Assembly: GCA_963776245.1 (NCBI GenBank)
Contig: CAVZLN010000003.1
Span: forward strand, 224,001 to 288,000
DNA length: 64,000 bases
Reading direction: 5' to 3'
From: Candidatus Eiseniibacteriota bacterium
Lineage (GTDB): Bacteria; Eisenbacteria; RBG-16-71-46
The notes beneath the pieces are model-generated. The model was not told where the DNA came from. It was given only the letters and a program-made list of their open reading frames with translations, and made no database searches. The position numbers were made by a program, and so were the translations under genes. This document shows, piece by piece, positions 32,961 to 46,212 of this stretch (positions are counted from its first letter, which is position 1; each line of letters starts with the position of its first letter).

Positions 32961-33677
32961 TCACCCCACGATCGCCGGCAGCGCCTCGCCCGCCTTCGCC
33001 CGCACCGCGATCACGCCCGGCGTGGAGCCGGACTGGTCGGGATTCACCTCGATCACCGGGATGCCGCGGTGCAGCGCCGCGTTCACCAGCCCGGCGGCCG
33101 GGTACACGACATTGCTGGTGCCGACCACAAGCACCACGTCGGCCCGGTCGATGGCGTCGTGGGCGCGCTCCATCACGCCCGCGGGCAGGCTTTCGCCGAA
33201 CCACACCACCCCCGGCCGCTCCATCCCGCCGCACGCGCAGTACGGTGGCAGCGAGGGCAATGGCGTGGCGCGGTCCGCGCGCTCGGCGCCACACCGGGTG
33301 CAACGCAGGGTCCACAGGTCGCCGTGAAGGCGGAGCACCGCGCGGCTGCCGGCGAGCGCATGCAGCCCGTCCACGTTCTGGGTGACGAGGGTGAACGACT
33401 CCACGCGCTCTTCGAGTCTCACCAGCGCCAGGTGCCCCGGGTTCGGTCGCGCGGCGGCGATCAGGCCGCGCCGCCAGTCGTACCACTGCCACACCAGCAG
33501 CGGATCGCGCGCGAACGCCTGCGGGGTGGCGAGGTCCTCGGGACTATAGGTGCGCCACAGCCCGCCCGGGCCGCGGAACGTGGGCACGCCGCTCTCCGCC
33601 GAGATGCCGGCCCCGGTGAGCGCGACCACGCGGACCGCGCCCTCGAGCAGCGCGCGCGAACGGGCGATGGCGTCCAT
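32961..33677 (-). CDS. cobB: NAD-dependent protein deacylase (sirtuin)
   Basis: TGAGISAESGVPTFRG, TQNVDGLH, LHGD, CxxC/CxC zinc ligands, RPGVVWFGE, VGTS. Confidence 0.95.
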   Translation of the reverse strand: MDAIARSRALLEGAVRVVALTGAGISAESGVPTFRGPGGLWRTYSPEDLATPQAFARDPLLVWQWYDWRRGLIAAARPNPGHLALVRLEERVESFTLVTQNVDGLHALAGSRAVLRLHGDLWTLRCTRCGAERADRATPLPSLPPYCACGGMERPGVVWFGESLPAGVMERAHDAIDRADVVLVVGTSNVVYPAAGLVNAALHRGIPVIEVNPDQSGSTPGVIAVRAKAGEALPAIVG

Positions 33678-33750
33678 GGCGGGCATGCTAACGCAGACCG
33701 GCCCGGCGCAGGGGAGCGCCGGGCCGGTCGTGTCGTCGATCATCGCGCGA

Positions 33751-34431
33751 TCAGCGCCCGAAGTGGTGCTCGAGGCCGACGATGAACCGTGGCGCCACCG
33801 ACGGCTGGTGGATGGCGCGATCCGCGTCATGCCAGGTGTAGTCCCCGACCGGGCTGATCGACGTGCCATCCGGGCTGTACCAACTGTCGTGGCCCGCCAA
33901 CTGGGACTTGGCGAACCAGTCGAGGCCGCCACTCACCATCAGCTCGGTCTCGGGACCGGTGGGCCAGCGCCGTTCGAGCGTGCCGCCGAAGCCCCACTGG
34001 TCGGTGGTGATGAAGAACGTCTCGTTGCCGCCGATGAAGTCGAAGTCGCCACGGAACTTCGAGTAGCGCGGGCCCGCCGCCAGCCACCATTCGCGCAACG
34101 GCCCCCCGTTCATCCTCCGCATCACGTCGAGCCGGAGGTCCCAGCGATGGCCGCTCTTGATGGGATCGCCATTGCTGTTCCCATTGATGAACACGTGCCG
34201 GGCCTCGAGCGCGTCGCCGGGATCGAGCCGCCAGTAGCCCACTCCGAACCGCGCGGAGACGGGCAGCCCCTGAGCCAGGTCGCTGAAGGTGAGGTCGGCG
34301 TTCCCGCCGATCCCGGCGTTGGCGCCGAGCGCGAGCCCGCCGGCCGACTTCACCGTCGCGGAGGCGGGCGGCGCGGCGGCGATCAGGATGGCCGCGAGCA
34401 GGCAGACGGAAAGCAGCAGTCGTCGCTTCAT
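33751..34431 (-). CDS. Exported protein, probable outer-membrane beta-barrel
   Basis: Signal peptide (MKRRLLLSVC...ASA), alternating aromatic/Gly strands, terminal FIVGLEHHFGR. Confidence 0.6.
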   Translation of the reverse strand: MKRRLLLSVCLLAAILIAAAPPASATVKSAGGLALGANAGIGGNADLTFSDLAQGLPVSARFGVGYWRLDPGDALEARHVFINGNSNGDPIKSGHRWDLRLDVMRRMNGGPLREWWLAAGPRYSKFRGDFDFIGGNETFFITTDQWGFGGTLERRWPTGPETELMVSGGLDWFAKSQLAGHDSWYSPDGTSISPVGDYTWHDADRAIHQPSVAPRFIVGLEHHFGR

Positions 34432-34691
34432 GGTCATGACCTCCGGTGCGGAAGAGACGGCCAGGGACACCCGTCTCTTACAAGCTCCGTGCCCGGAGCG
34501 AGGGGCATGCAGCCGGTCCGCCGTGGGATGCCCGCCGGCGGCGTATCGCGCTGGCGCGCAGCGGCGTGAACGCCCGGCGTTCCGGGGTGCGACGCCCGGG
34601 CCCGCGTTGCGCATCGCCGGATCGCCGCATCCTGCACGGCGACGCACGCGCCATCCGCGATGTCGGGGCACCGGCGAGGGCGAGGGGCGCG

Positions 34692-35591
34692 CTACCGGTA
34701 CAGCGTCTTCACGCGGCCCCAGGTGCTGCCCGACGACGCCGTGGTGACCTGCCACACGTCGGTGATGGGCGTCGCCGTCGAGGCCCCGGCGAACGGCGCC
34801 AGCCCGAGGCCGTCGGTGATGGTGCGCAGCAGGCTGTAGTGGCTCGCGCGCCCGGTGCTGGTGAAGCCGCTCTTCACCGTGGCGCCTGCGAACACTGTGA
34901 GGATGTGGTTGCTCGAGCTGCCGTCGTCCTCGTCCCACGTCAGGATCACGACCCCATTGGGGCCCACCGCGGTGATCATCGCCGGCAGGTTCGCCGCCAG
35001 CCACGCGTCCCCGACCGCGAGCGCGCAGTTGTGCGTGTTGTCGCACTGGTCGGGGATCACGTACGCCAGCGCCGGCAGCGTGTTCGCCGCGATGTCGGCG
35101 GCGAGGTCCGAGTACGGGCGCTCGTTGGTGTGGGTCAGGTTGGAGAAGTACGACCACGGGCAGTGCCGGCGCACGTAGTTGGTCGCGGTGCACGCGGTGC
35201 TCCCGACCGTCGGCAGCGCCTCGGCGTACGAGCGCCAGGGCTTGCCGGCAGCCTCGCAGGCATGACCGAGGTTCTCGTAGGGCCACGGCGATCCCGCCGG
35301 CGGGCACACGTCGTTGGAGATCCCGAGCGTGCTGCCGCACCACATCGCGATGTAGTTGGGCTGTGACGGGTGGGTGTCGGCGAAGAAGTTCGAGCATGCG
35401 CTGTTGGCGGCGATCAGGCTGGCGGTGTAGGGCAGCACGCGGGTCTGGTCGTAGCTCTTGTTCTCCATCACCACCACGATCACGTGATCGAGGGGTGGGA
35501 CCCCGAGCGCGGACGCGGTCGCGGGCACGCCGGCCGCGAGGGCCAGCAGGGCGAGGAATGGGAGCACGGATGCGGAGGCGCGGTGTCTCAT
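34692..35591 (-). CDS. Secreted acid phosphatase / phosphoesterase family protein with TWGRVKTLYR tail
   Basis: DHVIVVVMENKSY, THPSQPNY, YVRRHCP, TWDEDD, HYSLLRTI; signal peptide. Confidence 0.88.
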   Translation of the reverse strand: MRHRASASVLPFLALLALAAGVPATASALGVPPLDHVIVVVMENKSYDQTRVLPYTASLIAANSACSNFFADTHPSQPNYIAMWCGSTLGISNDVCPPAGSPWPYENLGHACEAAGKPWRSYAEALPTVGSTACTATNYVRRHCPWSYFSNLTHTNERPYSDLAADIAANTLPALAYVIPDQCDNTHNCALAVGDAWLAANLPAMITAVGPNGVVILTWDEDDGSSSNHILTVFAGATVKSGFTSTGRASHYSLLRTITDGLGLAPFAGASTATPITDVWQVTTASSGSTWGRVKTLYR

Positions 35592-35778
35592 CGGAGCGGT
35601 CGTCCTTTGGGGTGCGGCTGCTTTACGCCCATGGGATGGCGCAGGGAGCCGGTGGTCGGGGCGGCGGGATGGCCACCGTGGGCGACGATTATGGGGGCCC
35701 GGCGGGGCGGCGTCCACGGTTTCATGCGTCCGACGGTGCGATTCTCATGTCTTCCCGGCGCGCGGGATGGTGGCGCCG

Positions 35779-36444
35779 TCAGCGCGCCAGCGGCTTCACC
35801 GCCTGTCTGCCCCACAATTCCTCGAGCCGCCGGTCGCGGCCGCAGCCGAGGCGATAGCGGTGGTAGCTCTCCGGGTTCTTCGTCCCAAAGTCCTGGTGGT
35901 AGGCCTCGGCGGGATAGAACGTCCCGGCGGCCATGATGCGCGTGACGATGGGCCGTTTCACCACACCCGATGCTTCGAGGGCGCGCTTCGAGGCCTCCGC
36001 CTGCCGCCGCTGGCCCTCGCCGTGCACGAAGATGGCCGAGCGGTACTCGGTGCCGCGGTCGCAGAACTGCCCGTCGTCCTGGGTCGGGTCGATGCTGTGC
36101 CAGAACAGGTCGAGCAGCCGGTCGTACGAGACGCGCGCCGGGTCGAAACGGATCTCCACCGATTCGAGGTGGCCGGTGCTCCCGGAGCCGACCTCCTCGT
36201 AGGTCGGATCGGGCCTGGTCCCGCCGGTGTACCCGGACACCACGGAGAGCACCCCGGGCCGCCGTTCGAACTGGGTCTCCATGGTCCAGAAGCACCCGCC
36301 CGCGAACGTCGCGACCTCGACGCGCGGCCCCGCCGGCGCACTCGCAGGTCGCGGCGAGGAGCCGGGCGCGGCAAGCGCGCGGGTGGAGAACGCGAGCGCG
36401 AACACGACGAGCGCGGCGGCGTGGACGGGGCGTACGGGACGCAT
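35779..36444 (-). CDS. msrA: Peptide-methionine (S)-S-oxide reductase, exported
   Basis: FAGGCFW, SGYTGG, GQFCDRG, FYPAEAYHQ; N-terminal signal peptide. Confidence 0.95.
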   Translation of the reverse strand: MRPVRPVHAAALVVFALAFSTRALAAPGSSPRPASAPAGPRVEVATFAGGCFWTMETQFERRPGVLSVVSGYTGGTRPDPTYEEVGSGSTGHLESVEIRFDPARVSYDRLLDLFWHSIDPTQDDGQFCDRGTEYRSAIFVHGEGQRRQAEASKRALEASGVVKRPIVTRIMAAGTFYPAEAYHQDFGTKNPESYHRYRLGCGRDRRLEELWGRQAVKPLAR

Positions 36445-36563
36445 GGGACTCCCTCCGGGGACCGATCGGGGCTGCCTGAGGTGGGTGCGGTGCATCCGCT
36501 TGGATGCGGCGAACCCACCGGGGACGCGGTCGAGTGGGGCCCGACCCGTCACGTGACGCGGGG

Positions 36564-37874
36564 TCAGGGCGCGGTGCTCACGACCTCGGCGGGCTCACCG
36601 GGCGTCGCGCCGGCCGCGCCGTCCGCCAGCCGAGCTTCGCGGGCGTGGCGCAGCCGGCGCGCGAGCGCCAGGTGTCCGGCGGACACCGTCAGTCCGATGA
36701 CCAGGCACGCCGACCACAACGCGACCCCGCCGGCCTGCTGGAGCACCATCGAACCGGCGGCGGGCGCGAGACAGGAGGCGAGCCCGAAGGAGAGGCCGTA
36801 GGCGCCCTGGTAGCGTCCGCGACCGCGCGCCGGCGCGAGGTCCGCGACCACCGCACTGGAGACCGGCAGCACGCCGACCTCGCCGATGGTCCAGATGCAC
36901 ACCCCCAGCGCGTAGAGCGGCGCCGTGGTGGCGAGCGCGTTCAGCCCGAAGCCGACCGCCACCAGCGCCGTCCCCATGGCGAGGGTGCGCGAGCGGTCGC
37001 GCCGCGCGAGGAACGGCCCGAGCAGCGGCTGCACCAGGACGATGATCACGCCGTTCAGTCCCAGGATCGCGCCGAAGGTCGCCCGCGGGATGCCGTGCGC
37101 GGTCATGTCGAGCGGGAACGCCGTCATGTGCTGCATGAAGATGAGCGCGAGCAGGAAGTTCAGGCCCAGGAACCGCACGAAGGTCGGATCGCGATAGGGC
37201 GCGAGGAAACCCGCGAGCCCCGAGATGGACGGCGACGATGGGGCCGACGGAGCGGACGCCGCGTGCGCGGCATGCGCCGGACGGGTCTCCGGCACGCCGC
37301 GCCACACCAGCAGCGCGAACAGCAGGCTGGTGAGTCCATCTCCCACGAACAGCAGGGTGAAGGACACGGTGGCGAGCAGGCCGCCCACGAACAGCCCGAT
37401 CGCGAAGCCGAGGTTGATCACCCAGTAGATCAGTCCGTAGGCGCGCACGCGATCGGCCGAGGTCACGAGGTCGGCGAGCGCGGCCTGCATCGCCGGCCGG
37501 TACATCTCGCTCACCAGCGCGACGCCGAAGGTGGCCGGGGCGATGATGTCGAGCCGGTGCGCCGATCCCAGCGCGATCATGCCGGTGCCGCCCACGCCGA
37601 GCGCGAGGACCATGGTGAACCGCCGCCCCACGTGGTCGGCGAGGGTGCCCCCCAGCGGCCCGGCGATGGCCGAGCCCGCGCCGTAGAGCGCCGCCACCAG
37701 CCCCGCCTGCATCACGGAGAAGCCGCGCACCTGGGTGAGATAGATCGCCAGGAAGGGCACCACGAAGGTGCCCATGCGGTTGACCAGCGTGCCGGTCCAC
37801 AGGAACCAGAACGGACGCGGCAGGCCGCCGGCGACTCCTCGGAGGCTCTCGCGTATGCGCGATGCGGGGATCAT
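36564..37874 (-). CDS. MFS transporter
   Basis: GGTLADHVGRR motif A, WTIGE, GRGRYQG; about 12 TM segments. Confidence 0.9.
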   Translation of the reverse strand: MIPASRIRESLRGVAGGLPRPFWFLWTGTLVNRMGTFVVPFLAIYLTQVRGFSVMQAGLVAALYGAGSAIAGPLGGTLADHVGRRFTMVLALGVGGTGMIALGSAHRLDIIAPATFGVALVSEMYRPAMQAALADLVTSADRVRAYGLIYWVINLGFAIGLFVGGLLATVSFTLLFVGDGLTSLLFALLVWRGVPETRPAHAAHAASAPSAPSSPSISGLAGFLAPYRDPTFVRFLGLNFLLALIFMQHMTAFPLDMTAHGIPRATFGAILGLNGVIIVLVQPLLGPFLARRDRSRTLAMGTALVAVGFGLNALATTAPLYALGVCIWTIGEVGVLPVSSAVVADLAPARGRGRYQGAYGLSFGLASCLAPAAGSMVLQQAGGVALWSACLVIGLTVSAGHLALARRLRHAREARLADGAAGATPGEPAEVVSTAP

Positions 37875-38049
37875 GGAGGGCGCACCTTAGGAGGTGGGAG
37901 CCCTCGTTCGCAATGGGCTGGCCGTTGGCAGCGACAGCCGGGATGGATAGAAACCCCTTCTGCGGCCGGGATGCGGATGCTAGGGTCGACTCGCGACCGG
38001 GGCACCCATCATCGCGGAGCCCCCACCGGGCTCTGCCGCCGGAGGTCGC

Positions 38050-39927
38050 ATGACGTCGTCTTGCAGGGCCCGCTCGGTCCGATCGGGCCTGCTCGCACTC
38101 GCGCTCGCCGCCAGCGTCGCCAGCGCATCCCCGCCGACCGGTCCCCCACCGCCTTTCGACGCCGATCCCCTGGCCCCCTCCAGGCGCATCGTCGCGACGG
38201 GCTCCGACAACCTGAGGCTGCCCGATCCTGGGCCGTCGGGGGCAGGCACCGACTGGCGGCTGTTGATCGACCAGACGTGGGGACCGAGCCCTTACACCAT
38301 TCCCCAGATGCTCGATCTCTTCGACACGTTCTGGGACACCATCGACCGGCACTTCGCGTGTTTCCAGGGACTCGATGTCGATTGGACGGCGTTGCGGACG
38401 CGTTACCGGACGGAGATCGAGAGCGGGGTCTCGAATGGCCGGTTCACCGCGATCATGAATCATCTCGGCCTGGCACTGCGCGAATCTCACACCCACACCT
38501 ACTCGAGCGTCGACAACACCGCGCTCGATCCGGGCACGCCGCTGTTCGTGGTGGGCGGGTGGGGGAACAACTCGCACTTCGGAGCGGGCCTGACTCCGCT
38601 GCCTGACTCGTCCCTGCTGGTCTACAAGGTGATTCCGGATCATCCGCTCGGTCTGGTCCCGGGCGACATCGTCCTCGGCTACGAAGGGGTCCCCTGGAAG
38701 CAGCTCTACCGCGAGCTGCTCGCCGCGGAGTTGCCGCTCACGGGCTGGTGGTGGGGTTCGAGCTCCTCGTCGTGGACCCACTCCATGCTGATGTGCGCCG
38801 GGCTCAACTGGCACCTGTTCTCGACCATCGACGTGTTGAAGCACGACAGCGGCGAGACGCTCCACCTCTCGGTGGCGCCCCTGGTGGGTCTCAATGTCGC
38901 GCTCGACTGCAGCGAGCAACTCCCGGTCCCTGGCGTGCCCATGCCCGACTACCTCGGGACCGGTGACCTGGTGAGCTGGGGGCTCATCAGCGGGAGCCAG
39001 ATCGGTTACGTCTACGTCCGAGCGTGGACCGGGACCGCGGGCACCGAATTCGACAACGCCATCGATTCGCTGCTCACGAAGCACCAGACGACCGGCCTGA
39101 TCTTCGACTTCCGCACCAACTACGGCGGCAGCATGTCCCTCGCCTACCCCGGGCTACAGCGGCTCTTCAGGAGGCGGACGATCTACACGGTCGCCTTCGC
39201 GGAGCGCTGCGATACCACGGACCACCTGGCGATGTGTCCCTCTCCCAATGGTCCGCCGCTCAGTTACGTCATCCGTGGAACCGCCACCGCCGACTATGAC
39301 CACCCCATCGCGGTGCTGGTGGGGCCGGGAGCCATCAGCTCGGGAGACCAGGTCGCGAACCTGTTCCGCTACCACCCGCGGGCGCGCTTCTTCGGCAAGT
39401 CGACGTCGACGGCATTCAATTCACCGACCGTGCTGCCACTGCCGCTCTCGGGGTGGTTCGCGTTGTACGCCACCGCCGACGCCTATCGGGTCAGTGTGCC
39501 GGGGGACTACCTCACGCACGACGAGTTCCCGGTGGATCAACCGGTCTGGTTCGCTCCCGATGACGTGGCGCGCGGGTTCGACACCGTCGCCGGCGCGGCG
39601 ATCACCTGGATCAATGGGATCACCGGTGTCGAGGATGCCGTGGCGCCCCGCGCCGGCCTGCAGCCGGCCGCACCGAATCCCTTCCGCCGCGACACCCGGC
39701 TCCGGTTCGGCCTCTCGGTGGCGGGGCCGGCGAAGCTCGAGGTGTTCGACCTCGCCGGCCGCCGCTTGCGCGTGCTGCTGGACGAACGCTCGCTCACCGC
39801 CGGCACCCACGCCGCGACCTGGGACGGGCGCGACCAGGCGGGCCATCTCGTGCAGGCCGGGGTGTACCTGTGCCGGCTGGAGACCGGCAGCCACAGCGAG
39901 ATGCGGAGGATCGTACGATTGCGATGA
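38050..39927 (+). CDS. Secreted S41-family peptidase with C-terminal FlgD-Ig (T9SS-CTD-like) domain
   Basis: IGYVYV, GLIFDFRTNYGG, VLVGPGAISSGD; C-terminal PNPF...FDLAGR...WDGRD...GVYLCRL. Confidence 0.85.
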   Translation: MTSSCRARSVRSGLLALALAASVASASPPTGPPPPFDADPLAPSRRIVATGSDNLRLPDPGPSGAGTDWRLLIDQTWGPSPYTIPQMLDLFDTFWDTIDRHFACFQGLDVDWTALRTRYRTEIESGVSNGRFTAIMNHLGLALRESHTHTYSSVDNTALDPGTPLFVVGGWGNNSHFGAGLTPLPDSSLLVYKVIPDHPLGLVPGDIVLGYEGVPWKQLYRELLAAELPLTGWWWGSSSSSWTHSMLMCAGLNWHLFSTIDVLKHDSGETLHLSVAPLVGLNVALDCSEQLPVPGVPMPDYLGTGDLVSWGLISGSQIGYVYVRAWTGTAGTEFDNAIDSLLTKHQTTGLIFDFRTNYGGSMSLAYPGLQRLFRRRTIYTVAFAERCDTTDHLAMCPSPNGPPLSYVIRGTATADYDHPIAVLVGPGAISSGDQVANLFRYHPRARFFGKSTSTAFNSPTVLPLPLSGWFALYATADAYRVSVPGDYLTHDEFPVDQPVWFAPDDVARGFDTVAGAAITWINGITGVEDAVAPRAGLQPAAPNPFRRDTRLRFGLSVAGPAKLEVFDLAGRRLRVLLDERSLTAGTHAATWDGRDQAGHLVQAGVYLCRLETGSHSEMRRIVRLR

Positions 39928-40033
39928 GGCGAACGCCGACGGCAGCGCCTGCGCGCGCCGCTCACTGGCGCCGGCCGTTGACGGTGGCGGTGGCGCCCTC
40001 CTATCCTCGCATCGTCCCATCCGGAGGCCGCAG

Positions 40034-40892
40034 ATGAGCCATCGTCACTCCGCTCCGCTCGTGTTCTTCGCCCTGGCGATCGTGGTGCTGACCACCCTGC
40101 CGGCGCCGGTGCGCGCGCGGCCCCGGCCCTCCGTCGCGGAAGGCCGGCGGCAAGCAGCCTGCTGCGGGACGCAGGCGGACTGGAAGAGTCCCTGCACGGT
40201 ATGGCCCGACTCCGCCCTGCCCGCCGGTTGGTACAACGACGGCAAGGCGCTGGAGGTGGGCTTCCGGTTCCGCAGCGCCGTGCCCGGGACAGTTGACCGC
40301 GATCCGGTTCCACAAGGGGGGCTCGAGCCGTGGTCCCCACGTCGGGCATCTCTGGACCGACGAAGGCCGGCTGATCGCGGAGGTCCGGTTCCAGCGTGAG
40401 AGCGCCGCGGGCTGGCAGGTGGCGAAATTCAGGAAGCCGGTCGCGCTCGCGGAGGGCACGACCTACGTCGCGTCGGTGCATTGCGCCGACGGCGTCTTCC
40501 CTTTCACGGCCGGCTACTTCCGACGCGCGGTCGTGAATGGACCGCTCCGTGCGCTGGCGAGCGGGGAGGCCGGCGCCAACGGCGTCTTCAGTTACAGCCC
40601 GGAGACGGCTTTCCCGACCCGGACCTTTCGCAATGCCAACTACTGGGTGGACGTGGTCTTCAGGTACTCGGCGAAGTCGGCGGCGCGGGCCCGGGCCGCA
40701 CGAGGCCCATGTGTATGTCGTGGATCGCGGGATGGAGGCGGGCTCGATCCGCGCGGACTTGGCGGGCAGCAGCGGCGGATCGAAGAACTGGAGAGCCGTC
40801 TGCGGGCGCTCGAGGCCGATGTCGAGGCGCTACTCGGGGAACTCGGCGAGCCCGACGAGTCCCCGCCGGACTCCCTGGAATCCGAGTGGTGA
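40034..40892 (+). CDS. Secreted DUF4082-like domain protein (frameshift near 40293)
   Basis: Signal peptide; LEVGFRFRS, IRFHK, HVGHLW, GWQ, TYVAS, NYWVDVVF. Confidence 0.75.
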
Positions 40893-40902
40893 CGCCGCCC
40901 CG

Positions 40903-41196
40903 CTAGGCTTCGGCCTGCGCCACCAGCCCCTCGGGCACGCCACTCACCGCGTCGGCGAGCACCGTGGCGCGGTTGTTCGAGACCTCGAAGAACCCGCCGC
41001 TCACCTGCATCACGAACTCGGCGCCGCCGGGCCGGCGCAGCGTCAGCTTGCCCATCGCCAGTCCGCTCACCAGCGCCGCGTGGTGCGCGAGCACGCCGAG
41101 GTACCCCTCGGTGCCCGGCACCTGCACGTACTCCACCGGGCCCTCGAAGATCGAGCGCTCGGGCGTCAGGATGGACAACTGGAAGGTCGAGGCCAT
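40903..41196 (-). CDS. atpC: ATP synthase F1 epsilon (short form)
   Basis: ILTPER, PGTEGYLGVLAHHA, SGGFFEV; lacks most of the C-terminal helical hairpin. Confidence 0.93.
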   Translation of the reverse strand: MASTFQLSILTPERSIFEGPVEYVQVPGTEGYLGVLAHHAALVSGLAMGKLTLRRPGGAEFVMQVSGGFFEVSNNRATVLADAVSGVPEGLVAQAEA

Positions 41197-41200
41197 GCGG

Positions 41201-42670
<1,470 letters not shown>

Positions 42671-43528
42671 CTAGGTCAGCGCGTCCGCACCGGCCACGAT
42701 CTCGGACAGTTCCTTGGTGATGACGGCCTGGCGCAGCCGGTTCCGCTTCAGGACCAGCATGTCGATCATCTCGCCGGCGTTCTTGCGCGCCGAGCCCATC
42801 GCCACCATGCGCGCGCCGTGCTCGCTCGCCAGCGAGTCGGCCAGCGCCGCGAACATCCGGGCCGCGGCGTAGCGCGGCAGCAGTTCGGCGAAGATGCTCT
42901 CGGCGTCGGGCTCGAAGATGGCGTTGGAGTCGCGCGGCGGCTGGCCTTCGACGTCGGCGCCCACCGGCAGGAAGGGCTCGGACACCACGTGGCGCACCAT
43001 GGCGTTCACGTACCGGGTGTAGAGCACCTCGACGCGGTCGACCTGGCCGGAGACGTACAGGGCGATCAGGTCCTGGGTGAGGGTGCGCACGAAGTCGAGG
43101 CTCACCTCGGCCGGGAGCTCGGTGTAGGTAGCGAGCACCGGATACTTGCGCCGCTTGAAGTAGTCGCGCGCCTTGCGGCCCACCAGCACCAGCGGCAGCG
43201 TGCCGGCCTCGGCCTTGCGCAGGCGGACCTCCGCGGCGCGGATGACGTTGGCGTTGTAGGCGCCCGCCAGGCCGCGGTCCGAGCACACCACCACCAGCGC
43301 GGTGCGCTGCACCTCGCGCGTCTGGAGCAGCGGGTGTTCGAGCTCGGCGCCGGCGCCCGCGAGGTTGCCGAGCATCTCGGTGATCTTGGCGGCGTACGGG
43401 CGCGCCGCGGTGGCGCGCGCCTGCGCGCGGCGCAGCTTCGCCGCGGCCACCATCTCCATGGCCTTGGTGATCTGCTGCGCGCTCCGGGTCGAGCGGATGC
43501 GCTTGCGGATGTCCTTCAGCGACGCCAT
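42671..43528 (-). CDS. atpG: ATP synthase F1 gamma
   Basis: QITKAMEMVAAAK, DRGLAGAYN, RQAVITKELSEIVAG. Confidence 0.98.
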   Translation of the reverse strand: MASLKDIRKRIRSTRSAQQITKAMEMVAAAKLRRAQARATAARPYAAKITEMLGNLAGAGAELEHPLLQTREVQRTALVVVCSDRGLAGAYNANVIRAAEVRLRKAEAGTLPLVLVGRKARDYFKRRKYPVLATYTELPAEVSLDFVRTLTQDLIALYVSGQVDRVEVLYTRYVNAMVRHVVSEPFLPVGADVEGQPPRDSNAIFEPDAESIFAELLPRYAAARMFAALADSLASEHGARMVAMGSARKNAGEMIDMLVLKRNRLRQAVITKELSEIVAGADALT

Positions 43529-43538
43529 GCGGCTCCGA

Positions 43539-45047
<1,509 letters not shown>

Positions 45048-45089
45048 GGGTGCGAACCCCGATCTGGTGGTGGTGTCAGCTCAGCGTGG

Positions 45090-45635
45090 TCACACGCTCA
45101 CTTCGAACAGGCGGTGTTCGACCGCCTCGAGCAGGGTCTTCACGGTGCGGTCGATGATGCGGTCGCCGATGCGCACGTACACCCCGCCCAACACCGCGGG
45201 GTCCACGCTCGAGGCGAGCTTCACGGTCTTGTGCGTGAGGCGCTCGAGCTCGGCGTGCAGGCGCCGGGTCTCCTCGTCGGTGAGGGCCACCGCGCTCACG
45301 ACCTCGGCGCGCTGGATCCCCTGCCAGCCCTCGACCAGCGTCACGTACGCGGCCACCACCTCGCGGAACATCGCCAGGCGCTTCTTGCGCAGCAGCAGGT
45401 CGACCAGCGCGCGGACATACGGCCGCACGCGCGTGCCGAGGGCCGCGCCGATCAACCGCCGCTTGTCCCCGGCGGGGACCAGCGGCGAGCGGAAGAAGCG
45501 CCCGATACGCGCGTCCCCGTCGAGGACCGCGATCACCCCGTGGAGGTCGTCGAGCGCCCCCGGGATCTCGTTCCGCTTCTGGGCCACGAGGAACAGCGCG
45601 TGGGCGTAGCGGTGCGCGATGGTCGAGTCGTTCAT
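45090..45635 (-). CDS. atpH: ATP synthase delta
   Basis: IAHRYAHALF, VDPAVLGG, GDRIID. Confidence 0.95.
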   Translation of the reverse strand: MNDSTIAHRYAHALFLVAQKRNEIPGALDDLHGVIAVLDGDARIGRFFRSPLVPAGDKRRLIGAALGTRVRPYVRALVDLLLRKKRLAMFREVVAAYVTLVEGWQGIQRAEVVSAVALTDEETRRLHAELERLTHKTVKLASSVDPAVLGGVYVRIGDRIIDRTVKTLLEAVEHRLFEVSV

Positions 45636-46117
45636 TTCAGCTCGGCGACCTCGTCGATGTAGGTGCGGACCAGCCGGCGCTGATTCGCGTCATCGAGCTG
45701 GGTGCGGAGGATCTTCTCCGCGGTGAGGATCGACAGATGGGCGACCTGCTCCTTGAGCAGTTCCTTGGCCTTCTCGTGCTCGCGCGCGATCTCGTGACTG
45801 GCGCGCTCCAGCCGCGCGTCGGCCTCGGCGTGCGCCTGCTGCTTGATCTCGCCGGCGACCACCTGGCCCTCGGCGATGGCCTCCTGCATCTTCACGCGCG
45901 CCTTCGCATCGATGCCGCGCAGATCCTGTTCGTACTTCAGCCGCAGTTCCTCCGCCTCGCGCTTGGAGCGCTCGGCGGCCTCGAGGTCCCGGCGGATGCG
46001 GTCGCGCCGCTCCTCGAGCAGGTTCATCACCGGCCCCCACGCCCAGCGGCGCAGGAGGGCGACGAACAGCACGAAGCCCAGGATCTGGGTGAGTACGAGA
46101 TCGAGCTTGAGATCCAT
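45632..46117 (-). CDS. atpF: ATP synthase Fo subunit b
   Basis: N-terminal TM, WAWGP...LEERR, long coiled coil. Confidence 0.95.
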   Translation of the reverse strand: MDLKLDLVLTQILGFVLFVALLRRWAWGPVMNLLEERRDRIRRDLEAAERSKREAEELRLKYEQDLRGIDAKARVKMQEAIAEGQVVAGEIKQQAHAEADARLERASHEIAREHEKAKELLKEQVAHLSILTAEKILRTQLDDANQRRLVRTYIDEVAELK

Positions 46118-46212
46118 GTCACTCCCCGGGCGCGCGGACCCTCACGTCCGCCCGCGCATGGAGCGCGGGGCGGGCGCTGGACGGCACACGCCTCGTTCGT
46201 GGACGCGTGCCG

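Noticed and set aside
37900..40900. Possible horizontally acquired island (codons look somewhat less GC-skewed)
   Set aside because: Impression only; no integrase, tRNA or flanking direct repeats seen, and composition could not be computed.
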